DNA from: Spirochaetota bacterium
Lineage (GTDB): Bacteria > Spirochaetota > UBA4802 > UBA5550
Direction of reading: 5' to 3'
Assembly (NCBI GenBank): GCA_050298055.1
Contig: JBNKTL010000024.1
Coordinates: 14,809 to 78,808 of the forward strand
Length of the DNA: 64,000 nt
Part shown: positions 8,870 through 17,669 of the stretch, piece by piece
How the letters are laid out: each line of letters opens with the position of its first letter
How positions within the stretch are numbered: the stretch's first letter is position 1
The notes under the pieces: generated by a model
Database searches by the model: none
What the model saw: the letters and a program-made list of their open reading frames with translations, nothing else
What the model was told of the DNA's origin: nothing
Position numbers and translations under genes: made by a program

Positions 8870-10395
8870 TGAAGAACAGGTTAAAGGTCTCACAGGAGAG
8901 ACTTCTTTTATTCTCTGTTTTTATTTTATCGCTCTGTGGAATTACATATGAACTTGTCCTGGGTTCCCTGGCCACTTACCTGCTGGGGAATCCTGTGCAG
9001 CAGTATTCCCTGACAATCGGGATATTCTTAAGTTCAATGGGTATCGGGTCCTATCTTTCCCGGTTCCTGGTCAGGAACATCCTCCGTGATTTCATCATCA
9101 TCGAGATTTCCCTGGGTTTTATCGGCGGGCTCTCCGTTCTCGTTCTCAACCTCATGTTTTCATTTTCCGTTTCTTTTTACCTGCTCCATATTTTTTTTCT
9201 CACTGTGATCGGGACACTGGTGGGGCTTGAGATCCCCCTGATCGCGAGGATACTCAGGAAGCATGGCTCTTTCAGGGACATTATATCAAACGTGCTCACC
9301 CTGGACTATATGGGAGGGCTCGCAGGTTCCCTTCTCTTTCCCCTTCTGCTTTTTCCCTTTGTGGGGAGGTTCCTCACCAGTCTTCTTATCGGTATCGCGA
9401 ATATTTCCGTGGCGGCGCTTATCATACTGAAGATAGAATATCCGGGGAGAAAAAAACATGATCTGCTGCTGCCGGCTGTCATGGTCCTCATCCTTGCTCT
9501 TCTGGCAGTTAATTCCGATATGATAAACACAATTATACAGAAGAGGCTTTTTTATGACGACATCGTCTTCTCAAAGAGGTCCAGGTTCCAGGAGATTGTC
9601 CTCACCCGGAACGGGGGTGAGTTCAGGCTCTACCTTGACGGGTCGCTTCAGTTCTCCACATTTGACGAATACAGGTACCATGAAATGCTTGTCTACCCGG
9701 CCCTTGCTCTCAATAAGGAAAGCCGGAAGAAGGTGCTGATTCTGGGAGGGGGTGACGGTATCGCGGTAGGGTATATTTTAAAGTGGAAGGGGATAAAGAG
9801 CGTAACCCTGGTTGAGCTTGACCCGGAGATAATTAACCTGGCAAGCTCTAACTCATCGTTTAAAATGATCAATAAAAATTCACTTGCAGACAGGAGAGTC
9901 AAAGTTGTTACAGCGGATGCTTACAGGTACCTGGCAGAGAAGAAAGAGAGGTATGATATTATCGTTGCGGATTTCCCCGATCCCCACGATGAAACAATAT
10001 CCAAGCTTTATACGGTTGAGTTCTTCATGATGGTAAAAAGGTCCCTGGCTCCCGGCGGGGTTTTTGTCACCCAGTCAACTTCACCCCTTTTCGCCCGGGA
10101 AGCCTTCTGGTGCATTAACGGTACCCTTAAAAAGGTCTTCGGAAACGTTCTTCCCTATCATGTCTTTATTCCCTCGTTCGGGGACTGGGGATTTAATATG
10201 GCATCGGAGGGGGTTCTGGACCCGGGGTCTGCGGGGAAGGTGAGTATAAAAACGTCATTTTTTTCCGGGGAGACCTTCAGGAATTCCCTTCACTTTCCCG
10301 ATGATACGAAAACAGAGGCAGGAAAAATAAATACCTTTAACACGCCGGTGCTCTATACCTACTACCTGAAGGGCTGGAAAACCACCGATTATTGA
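8869..10395 (+). CDS. Membrane-bound spermidine synthase-like aminopropyltransferase
   Basis: N-terminal multi-TM domain (CGITYEL, GLEIPL, DYMGGLAG); catalytic domain LQFS..DEYRYHE, LILGGGDG, VELD, DFPDP. Confidence 0.9.
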   Translation: MKNRLKVSQERLLLFSVFILSLCGITYELVLGSLATYLLGNPVQQYSLTIGIFLSSMGIGSYLSRFLVRNILRDFIIIEISLGFIGGLSVLVLNLMFSFSVSFYLLHIFFLTVIGTLVGLEIPLIARILRKHGSFRDIISNVLTLDYMGGLAGSLLFPLLLFPFVGRFLTSLLIGIANISVAALIILKIEYPGRKKHDLLLPAVMVLILALLAVNSDMINTIIQKRLFYDDIVFSKRSRFQEIVLTRNGGEFRLYLDGSLQFSTFDEYRYHEMLVYPALALNKESRKKVLILGGGDGIAVGYILKWKGIKSVTLVELDPEIINLASSNSSFKMINKNSLADRRVKVVTADAYRYLAEKKERYDIIVADFPDPHDETISKLYTVEFFMMVKRSLAPGGVFVTQSTSPLFAREAFWCINGTLKKVFGNVLPYHVFIPSFGDWGFNMASEGVLDPGSAGKVSIKTSFFSGETFRNSLHFPDDTKTEAGKINTFNTPVLYTYYLKGWKTTDY

Positions 10396-10397
10396 AA

Positions 10398-10586
10398 TCA
10401 GACAGCCTTCTGAATTTTTCCCGACTTAATGCAGCTTGTGCAGACGTTTTTTCGGACTACGCTTTTATTTTCCAGGACCCTGATTTTCTTTACATTGGGC
10501 CGCCACATCTTCTTTGTCTTCTTGTTTGAGTGACTTACATTATTGCCAAACTGTACGGATTTTCCGCAGACTTCACATTTTGCCAT
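10398..10586 (-). CDS. rpmB: 50S ribosomal protein L28
   Basis: MAKCEVCGK..GNNVSHS..W.PN..VCTSCIK; start reassigned to ATG 10586. Confidence 0.95.
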   Translation of the reverse strand: MAKCEVCGKSVQFGNNVSHSNKKTKKMWRPNVKKIRVLENKSVVRKNVCTSCIKSGKIQKAV

Positions 10587-10835
10587 GACTATATCCTTAA
10601 TATTCCAGAATTTGCTGATTTTTGAAATCATCAAAATGATATTCTTATCATCGAATGACAATACTGAATAGAAGCTCTTTTTTTTCAAGCACTTTAATAG
10701 TACAAATTTGAACCTGTAAATAAAAAAATAATATCATTAAGTATATTCAAAAAGCATCGTTAAAAAGATGTGTAAAAAGGGGGATGAGGGGTGCCTTTTG
10801 CGGTTCAAAAATTTTAAAATTTTTATCCTGAAATA

Positions 10836-10864
10836 TTGACGATTTTTTCTGTTTTTATTATATT
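10836..10864 (+). promoter_or_regulatory. Sigma70 promoter of the hsp20 operon
   Basis: TTGACG-17 nt-TATATT directly upstream of the CIRCE. Confidence 0.6.
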
Positions 10865-10878
10865 ATTAATGCAAAAAT

Positions 10879-10905
10879 CTAGCACTCACCAAGTAAGAGT
10901 GCTAA
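10879..10905 (+). promoter_or_regulatory. CIRCE element (HrcA operator)
   Basis: CTAGCACTC-accaagtaa-GAGTGCTAA, one mismatch to TTAGCACTC-N9-GAGTGCTAA, upstream of heat-shock genes. Confidence 0.92.
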
Positions 10906-10937
10906 CAGAAATTGACTAATAAATCAGGAGGTCAGTT

Positions 10938-11390
10938 ATGAAATGGGGAATAAGTAAAAGAGGAAAGGACTCAGAGCATACTGTTGATCTCTTCAGAAAG
11001 AATTTTAACAGTTTATTTGATGATTTTTTCTCAACAGGTCCCACGGCGCTTTTTGATTCTGATTGGCTCCCTACTGTTGATGTTGAGGAGAATCAGAGGG
11101 AGATCCATGTAAAGGCCGAAATGCCGGGGCTTGAAGAAAAGGACATCAATGTGACCCTGGACAGGAATATCCTCACAATTTCCGGTGAGAAAAAAGAGGA
11201 GAGGGACGAAGAGGACAATGAGAAAAAATATGTTCTCTCCGAAAGGCGTTTTGGTTCCTTTTCGCGGTCAATAACTCTTCCGGAAGGGGTCAAGTCCGAT
11301 AAGATCACAGCAAAATTTAAGAAGGGAGTCCTGAATATCAGGATCCCCAGGGACGAAAAAAAACAACCGAAAAAAATTGATATTAAATAA
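10938..11390 (+). CDS. Hsp20/alpha-crystallin small heat shock protein
   Basis: P.VDV.E..AEMPG..ERRFGSFSRSITLP..A.FKKGVL.I. Confidence 0.95.
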   Translation: MKWGISKRGKDSEHTVDLFRKNFNSLFDDFFSTGPTALFDSDWLPTVDVEENQREIHVKAEMPGLEEKDINVTLDRNILTISGEKKEERDEEDNEKKYVLSERRFGSFSRSITLPEGVKSDKITAKFKKGVLNIRIPRDEKKQPKKIDIK

Positions 11391-11404
11391 TCAGGGAGGC
11401 AGCC

Positions 11405-11818
11405 ATGTTTTACACATACGATCTTTTTGATGATATGCTGAGATTGAGGGATGTTCTTGATGATTTCTACAGTGATACCCCCGCGCGGTATAACAGGAGA
11501 ATAGATTTTCCCTATGTCAATATCTCTGAGAGCGATGATGTGGTTACCGCCACGGCACTTGTTCCCGGTATTGAAGCGGGTGATATCGATATCGAACTCC
11601 AGGACAAGGGTCTTGTTCTTCAGGGTACACGGAAGAGCGATTATGAGGACAGGCCCTATATCAGGAAGGAGAGGAGTTTCGGTGATTTTAAGAAAATCGT
11701 GAGGCTTCCCTACCGGGTAGAGAGGGATAAAATCAAGGCCAGCCTCAGGGAAGGTGTTCTGACAATAACTCTTCCCAAGGCTGAAGATGCAAAACCGAAG
11801 AAGATAACCATCGGGTAA
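11405..11818 (+). CDS. Hsp20/alpha-crystallin small heat shock protein
   Basis: FPYVNI..VPG..ERSFGDF..LP..GVLTITLPK. Confidence 0.95.
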   Translation: MFYTYDLFDDMLRLRDVLDDFYSDTPARYNRRIDFPYVNISESDDVVTATALVPGIEAGDIDIELQDKGLVLQGTRKSDYEDRPYIRKERSFGDFKKIVRLPYRVERDKIKASLREGVLTITLPKAEDAKPKKITIG

Positions 11819-11832
11819 AAGGAGGTATAATC

Positions 11833-12177
11833 ATGAGCAGAGAAGAATATGTGCTTATGCCGCCTATTGACATCTATGTTTCAGATGATGAATATGTCAT
11901 TAAGGCGGATATGCCCGCGGTGAGTAAAAATGATCTTGATATTACGCTCCATGATAACAAGCTTGAGATAAGCGGTAAAGTTGCCACGGATGAATCAAAG
12001 CCTGATGGAGCGGCCTATAATGAGTATACGCTCTACGATTATTACAGAAGCTTCCAGGTGGGAAATGATATTGACGGTGACAGAATATCCGCCGAAATCG
12101 ATAAAGGCGTATTGACGCTGAAGCTTCCGAAAAGAGAAGAGGTTAAACCGAAAAAGATAAACATTGAAGTTGAATAA
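11833..12177 (+). CDS. Hsp20/alpha-crystallin small heat shock protein
   Basis: PPIDIY..ADMP..Y.RSF..GVLTLKLPK. Confidence 0.93.
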   Translation: MSREEYVLMPPIDIYVSDDEYVIKADMPAVSKNDLDITLHDNKLEISGKVATDESKPDGAAYNEYTLYDYYRSFQVGNDIDGDRISAEIDKGVLTLKLPKREEVKPKKINIEVE

Positions 12178-12201
12178 CACCACTTTAATAAATGTCACAG
12201 G

Positions 12202-12231
12202 CCCATGTTTTCAGAGCATGGGTTTTTTTTT
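12202..12231 (+). terminator. Rho-independent terminator
   Basis: CCCATG/CATGGG stem followed by a T run after the hsp20 genes. Confidence 0.7.
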
Positions 12232-12408
12232 GCTTGAAAAATCCCCCCCGCTGGCAGCAGATGAATCTTGATCATATAATTAACATGGCTATGTATAAGA
12301 AAAAATATATTCATTGATAAAATTTGATAATGTTTGTTAATATATATTTTAATTCGATAGCCGGGTCTTTATTATATTACTATAGATGAACCAGGAAACA
12401 AGCAGAAG

Positions 12409-12603
12409 ATGAAAATCAGTGAAAAAACACACGTTTTGGAAACTCTGAAAATGTCCGGGGATATTCTGAAAGTCTATAAAAAATACGGTCTCGATTGTCC
12501 CGGATGCAAGGGAGCGGGGGAGGATACCGTTGAAATGGCTGCCCTGAATAATGGTCTCGACCTGAAAAAATTCTTGAGTGACCTGAATAAAGCCGTAAAA
12601 TGA
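12409..12603 (+). CDS. DUF1858-like small Cys protein
   Basis: KYGLDCPGC.GA..DTVE.AA..NGLD. Confidence 0.75.
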   Translation: MKISEKTHVLETLKMSGDILKVYKKYGLDCPGCKGAGEDTVEMAALNNGLDLKKFLSDLNKAVK

Positions 12604-12607
12604 CCTG

Positions 12608-13204
12608 ATGTTCAAGGTAAGGGTCATAGCGGGAAGCCTCAGGGGGAGGACCATACCCTTCTCAATAAGCAAGTATGATGACGCGGACATAACACCTCAG
12701 AAAGTCAAGGAGGCCCTCTTTTCAATAATCGGTGAAGACCTTACCGGGAAGGGTTTCCTTGATCTCTATGCCGGCTCGGGACAGGTGGGCATCGAGGCCC
12801 TGAGCCGCGGTGCCGACCCGGTGATCCTGAATGAATATGACAGAAAGAGGTTCGGGTTCATCAGGTCGTTTCTGGAAGGTATCAGTATCAGCGCGAAAAT
12901 TCTTCTCTATAACATGCATTCATTCAGGGTCCTGAAGCTTCTCGGTAAGCGAAAGAGGGCCGTGGACTATATATTTGTTGATATTCCCTATGTTAAGGTA
13001 AGGGAGAAAGTCAATAAATATGATGAGGTGATCAGCCATATCCAGAGAAGCGGAATTCTTAAGATTGGGGGACTGATTATTATTCAGCATTACGGCAAAA
13101 ACCGGATGAGTGAAAAATCCGGGAACTTTCTCCTCACCGGTACCAAGACCTATGGCACCAGCTGTCTTTCGTTTTATCGGGAAACCACTAAATCCTGGAA
13201 ATAA
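12608..13204 (+). CDS. rsmD: 16S rRNA m2G966 methyltransferase RsmD-like
   Basis: RVIAG..RGR, KVKEALFS, FLDLYAGSG.VGIEALSRGA, DIPY. Confidence 0.88.
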   Translation: MFKVRVIAGSLRGRTIPFSISKYDDADITPQKVKEALFSIIGEDLTGKGFLDLYAGSGQVGIEALSRGADPVILNEYDRKRFGFIRSFLEGISISAKILLYNMHSFRVLKLLGKRKRAVDYIFVDIPYVKVREKVNKYDEVISHIQRSGILKIGGLIIIQHYGKNRMSEKSGNFLLTGTKTYGTSCLSFYRETTKSWK

Positions 13205-13235
13205 ATTTTTGTTACCCTGCAAAAGGCACCGTTTA

Positions 13236-13352
13236 AAAGATGTGTAAAAAGGGGGATAAGGGGATAAAGAGGGGATGTGGGGATAAAATATTTCTGATTT
13301 TTCTTATCCCCTTATCCCCTCCATCCCCTTATCTCCTTTCGTACACTCTTTC
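13236..13352. repeat. Long imperfect inverted repeat built of GGGGATAA units
   Basis: Left arm gggggataaggggataaagaggggatgtggggataa, right arm ttatccccttatcccctccatccccttatctcc; partial left-arm copy at about 10750-10792. Confidence 0.8.
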
Positions 13353-13444
13353 TTCGTACGCTTCGTGAGCTTTGTGTGAAACCCTCTTCTCAGAAAATTC
13401 ACCCTGTGAAATAAATTTTATTGACATTAAGCTCAATGAAATCT

Positions 13445-13480
13445 TTTTTTAGCCACGGGTTTAAACCCGTGGCTAAAAAA
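13445..13480. repeat. Perfect 36-bp palindrome (REP-like)
   Basis: ttttttAGCCACGGGTTT|AAACCCGTGGCTaaaaaa immediately before the glnS RBS. Confidence 0.85.
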
Positions 13481-13487
13481 GGAGATC

Positions 13488-15179
13488 ATGATGGCAGATG
13501 AAAAAACATCCTCGAATTTCATCGAAGATATTATTATCGAAGATATAAAGAACAACAAGAATGGCGGAAACGTGGTGACCCGTTTCCCGCCGGAACCCAA
13601 CGGCTACCTTCACATTGGGCACGCAAAGTCCATCTGTCTCAATTTCGGACTTGCCGGGAAGTTCAACGGCAGGTGCCACCTCCGGTTTGATGATACCAAC
13701 CCGGAAAAAGAGGAGATAGAATATATCGAATCCATCCAGGAAGACGTAAAGTGGCTCGGTTTTGACTGGGGCGAACACCTCTATTACGCGTCGGACTATT
13801 TCGAGAAGCTCTATGGGTACGCGGTCCACCTTATTGAAAGGGGTAAGGCCTATGTGGACAGCCTCAGTGCCGAAGAGATAAGGGAGCACAGGGGGACCCT
13901 TAAGGAGCCGGGCAGAGAAAGCCCTTACCGGGACCGCCCCGTTGAGGAAAACCTGGAGCTCTTCCGGAAAATGCGGAACGGGGAATTCAGGGACGGCGAG
14001 CATGTACTCCGGGCGAAGATTGATATGACATCGGGAAACATCGTTATGAGAGACCCCACCCTCTACCGAATCAGGCATGTTGAACACCACAGGACGGGGG
14101 ACACCTGGTGTATCTATCCCATGTACGATTTTACCCACTGTATCTCCGACGCCATAGAAGGAGTCACCCACTCAGTCTGTACCCTGGAGTTTGAAAATAA
14201 CCGCCCCCTCTACGACTGGGTGCTTATTGAAGCGGAAACAGAGAACCGGCCCCAACAGATCGAGTTCGCGCGCCTGAACCTCACTCACACCCTGATGAGT
14301 AAGAGGAAGCTCCTGAAGCTTGTTGAGGAGGGCCATGTTTCCGGCTGGGACGATCCCCGGATGCCCACAATATCCGGACTCCGCAGGAGGGGGTACACAC
14401 CCGAGTCAATCCGGGATTTTGCCGAAAGGATCGGTGTTGCAAAGGCGGACAGCATGGTTGACAGTGCCCTTCTGGAACACTGTCTCAGGGAAGACCTCAA
14501 TAAACGGGCGCAGAGGGTCATGGCGGTCCTCCGGCCCCTGAAGGTGGTGATAACAAACTATCCCCAGGGAGAAACCGAGGAACTGGATGCCGTTAACAAT
14601 CCCGAGGATGAATCCGCAGGGAAAAGGAAGCTCCCCTTCTCCCGGGAGCTCTATATCGAACAGGATGATTTCATGGAGGACCCCCCAAAAAAGTTTTTTC
14701 GCCTCGCCCCCGGCAGGGAGGTAAGGTTCAAGTTTGCCTACTATATCACCTGTGAGAGGGTCATAAAGGACGAAAGTACCGGCGAGATACTGGAGGTCCA
14801 CTGCACCTATGATCCGAAGACCCGGGGAGGCTGGTCGGAGGACGGGCGCAAAGTCAAAGGAACAATACACTGGGTTTGTGCGACGGAATCTCTGGAGGCC
14901 GAGGTCCGGCTTTATGAAAATCTCTTTACCAGTGAAAACCCGGGAGATGAAAACACCTGCCCCGACCTTGAATCGTGCATCAATAAAAACTCACTGGAAG
15001 TCCTCACATCATGCAGGGTGGAGCCTTCCCTTGCAGGGGCGGGTCCCGGAGAGAGGTTCCAGTTCGAGAGGCTGGGATACTTCTGTGTGGACGCAAAGGA
15101 CTCCGGGCCCGGAAAGCCTGTCTTTAACAGGACCGTTTCATTGAGGGATACCTGGGCCAGGATAAGCAGTAAAAGCTGA
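13488..15179 (+). CDS. glnS: Glutamine--tRNA ligase
   Basis: [50 protein letters not shown]. Confidence 0.97.
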   Translation: MMADEKTSSNFIEDIIIEDIKNNKNGGNVVTRFPPEPNGYLHIGHAKSICLNFGLAGKFNGRCHLRFDDTNPEKEEIEYIESIQEDVKWLGFDWGEHLYYASDYFEKLYGYAVHLIERGKAYVDSLSAEEIREHRGTLKEPGRESPYRDRPVEENLELFRKMRNGEFRDGEHVLRAKIDMTSGNIVMRDPTLYRIRHVEHHRTGDTWCIYPMYDFTHCISDAIEGVTHSVCTLEFENNRPLYDWVLIEAETENRPQQIEFARLNLTHTLMSKRKLLKLVEEGHVSGWDDPRMPTISGLRRRGYTPESIRDFAERIGVAKADSMVDSALLEHCLREDLNKRAQRVMAVLRPLKVVITNYPQGETEELDAVNNPEDESAGKRKLPFSRELYIEQDDFMEDPPKKFFRLAPGREVRFKFAYYITCERVIKDESTGEILEVHCTYDPKTRGGWSEDGRKVKGTIHWVCATESLEAEVRLYENLFTSENPGDENTCPDLESCINKNSLEVLTSCRVEPSLAGAGPGERFQFERLGYFCVDAKDSGPGKPVFNRTVSLRDTWARISSKS

Positions 15180-15184
15180 TCCTT

Positions 15185-15970
15185 TTAATCCAGAAAAGTT
15201 ATTTCCAGGTCCTGTATGGTTGATACGATCCTCAGGTAGGAGAGGGGCATGGGGGATTTCAGGGAATGGTAGGTAAAGGCGATATACCTGTTTAAGGACT
15301 TTGTGCCGGGGCGGGTAGCGTCCACAAGGTGCCATCTCCCCCTGTCATACGCCTCTACCCACATATGGTAGACGAAGACATTGTTTGTTCCCATAAATTC
15401 TTCCGCGAGATAAACCCCCACCACTGCCCGTGAAGGTATGCCGTTTGCCCTGAGAAGGGCCAGGGAGAGGACCGCGTGTTCGGTGCAGTCACCGGTTTTT
15501 GATTCAATGATGCCCGTTGAAGGAAGAAGGGGAATACCTATTGTCTTTTTGTTTATGAACCTGTAAACAAACGCTTCAATATTGGCCGGTTTGTTTACAG
15601 AGGATCTGAACCTGCGGGCCAGGTCTTTTACGGGAGGGGAGTCCAGCCTGAGGAAGGGTGTATTCTCCAGGTCTTTTTTCGATACGGAATTTACCCTCCG
15701 GGAAGCAGTGCCGGTCTCAATAGTGAGGGAAGATGATTTTTCCCCCTTATCCGGTTTACTTATTGACTGGAAGGCCGAGCTTACCAGTCTGAACCTGCTG
15801 CAGGATGAAACAAGCCTGAACCTGCTTCTCTTCTCCCGGAAGACCCTGCTGTTGAAGTTTTTTATCCCGATTGTAAATGATGAGGGATCAACCGGGTAAA
15901 TCCGCCGGGGAGAGAAAAATATGATTGCGGGTATTATTATGAAGAGCGTCAAATGTTTCATTTTTTGCAT
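15185..15970 (-). CDS. Exported transglutaminase-like protein
   Basis: Cys-His-Asp triad GDCTEHA, YHMWVE, VDAT; signal peptide. Confidence 0.85.
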   Translation of the reverse strand: MQKMKHLTLFIIIPAIIFFSPRRIYPVDPSSFTIGIKNFNSRVFREKRSRFRLVSSCSRFRLVSSAFQSISKPDKGEKSSSLTIETGTASRRVNSVSKKDLENTPFLRLDSPPVKDLARRFRSSVNKPANIEAFVYRFINKKTIGIPLLPSTGIIESKTGDCTEHAVLSLALLRANGIPSRAVVGVYLAEEFMGTNNVFVYHMWVEAYDRGRWHLVDATRPGTKSLNRYIAFTYHSLKSPMPLSYLRIVSTIQDLEITFLD

Positions 15971-15979
15971 CTTACCGTT

Positions 15980-16669
15980 CTATTTCCTTACCAGCTCTAT
16001 CCTGTTATTGAGCATCCTGATAACGGCCTTTTCCATGGTACCGTCAAAGTTTAAGTAAATATCAACACTCTTAAAATTGTCTATTGACTGGACAATATGG
16101 ATCAGCTCAATACTCTCCTCGCCTGTTTTTACCTTCTCAATCCCCAGAACCCTGACGGTAACACCTATTGTTTCATCAGGTTCCATGGAGGGTTCGTATA
16201 TCCGTGATGAAACCGTGTAGCCCTTTCTGAAGCTGTTCTTTATCAGCTTGCTCATAAAATAATTTCCGTCAATGACAAAGGGTTCTTTCACGCTGATCTT
16301 TGATTTACTCCCCATTGAAACAAGTTCTATTGTCCTGTCACGGAAAAAGGCAGTGGTTACTATTTTCTGGGAGGTGTCGTTAAAATTGACACTGTTGTTT
16401 ATCTCAAGTTTAACGGGCCTGTACTCCTTTGTCTCGGTAACAACCTGGTGAGAGACATTTGTGATTTTGCCAACCTTCATTTTCATCTCGGTTTCGCTGA
16501 TATAGTGTTTTTCGGTCTGTGAGCTGGATATGACCGCGCTCCCCACGGTGACATTGTTTATCAGGAGCCTGTACTCCCACCGGCCCATGGGTATTTTCCG
16601 GGGCATATTCCGGGAAGAGCATTCTGTTGAGATGAGAAGGATTATCGGGAGAATAAATCTGATTTTCAT
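15980..16669 (-). CDS. Hypothetical lipoprotein
   Basis: Signal peptide ending ..ISTEC; beta-rich; operonic with thiL. Confidence 0.7.
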   Translation of the reverse strand: MKIRFILPIILLISTECSSRNMPRKIPMGRWEYRLLINNVTVGSAVISSSQTEKHYISETEMKMKVGKITNVSHQVVTETKEYRPVKLEINNSVNFNDTSQKIVTTAFFRDRTIELVSMGSKSKISVKEPFVIDGNYFMSKLIKNSFRKGYTVSSRIYEPSMEPDETIGVTVRVLGIEKVKTGEESIELIHIVQSIDNFKSVDIYLNFDGTMEKAVIRMLNNRIELVRK

Positions 16670-17667
16670 TTTTCCTTTCCTGTTGTAAAGTGATCAAAAC
16701 CGGTAATTGATATTTCTTTTTTTCTGCCTGATATTTCAAGGCAATAACCGTCATCGGTTATTTCTCCCATGCAGACAGCATCTCCTGTTCTGCCGCCGGG
16801 TATCTTTTCCGGCGGCAGAGCGGATGTAAAGAGGAGCTGGTAGTCTTCGCCCCCGGTAAGCACCATCTCGTACGGGTTCCTCTCTTTTTCGCTGCAGTAT
16901 TCTTTCAACAGGGCGGATACCGGGAGTTTCTCCTTCTGAAGAGTAAATCCCCTGCGGCTTTCAGTACAGATATGTCCCAGGTCGGAGAGGAGCCCGTCGG
17001 AAATATCGATCATGGCTGTGGGGGAATAAAGATCAAGAATATCATTCATAATATCATACCTGCAGGATGGCCTCCTGTGCTTTTCAACCAGGGGTCCGTA
17101 CTTCTCCATCTGCCGGCCGCTGCCCCTCTGCAAAATCTCCAGTCCGGCCAGGGACTCACCCGGGGTCCCGGTAACATAGATATAATCTCCCGCGGAGGCC
17201 CCGTTGCGGTAAACGGGTTCTCTCTCCCTGCACTCTCCGTATACGGCTATACTCACAATGAGAGTATCCGATCCCGATGTATCACCCCCGGCAATAACCG
17301 TTCCCGGTTCACGGCACGCATCCAGCATACCCCTGTAGATATCCAGAACAAACTCCTCTTCCTTATCATCGGGGATCCCCAGGGAAACAAGCGCCAGAAC
17401 AGGGGAACCTCCCATGGAGATAATATCGGAGAGGTTGCCCGTCATGGATTTGTAGCCGATCTCTTCCGGTGAAGAGTAATCCTGCCTGAAGTGGATGTTT
17501 TCAATGCTTATGTCTGTTGTAAAAAGCCCGTACCGCGCCTCGGCGATTTTATAAACGGCGCAGTCTTCCCCCATGGACCTGCCGAGCTCTTCCGGAACAC
17601 CGGTCCCCTTCTCCCGGACCAGGTTCTGTATCTTTGAGATAAGGTCCCATTCGCTTTTTATTTTCAT
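16666..17667 (-). CDS. thiL: Thiamine-monophosphate kinase
   Basis: GEDCA, TTD, NLSDI..MGG, GGDT, MIDISDGL, GGEDY. Confidence 0.93.
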   Translation of the reverse strand: MKIKSEWDLISKIQNLVREKGTGVPEELGRSMGEDCAVYKIAEARYGLFTTDISIENIHFRQDYSSPEEIGYKSMTGNLSDIISMGGSPVLALVSLGIPDDKEEEFVLDIYRGMLDACREPGTVIAGGDTSGSDTLIVSIAVYGECREREPVYRNGASAGDYIYVTGTPGESLAGLEILQRGSGRQMEKYGPLVEKHRRPSCRYDIMNDILDLYSPTAMIDISDGLLSDLGHICTESRRGFTLQKEKLPVSALLKEYCSEKERNPYEMVLTGGEDYQLLFTSALPPEKIPGGRTGDAVCMGEITDDGYCLEISGRKKEISITGFDHFTTGKEK

Positions 17668-17669
17668 TA

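Noticed and set aside
10587..10688. Longer start for rpmB
   Set aside because: L28 begins MAKC at 10586 after an AAGGA RBS
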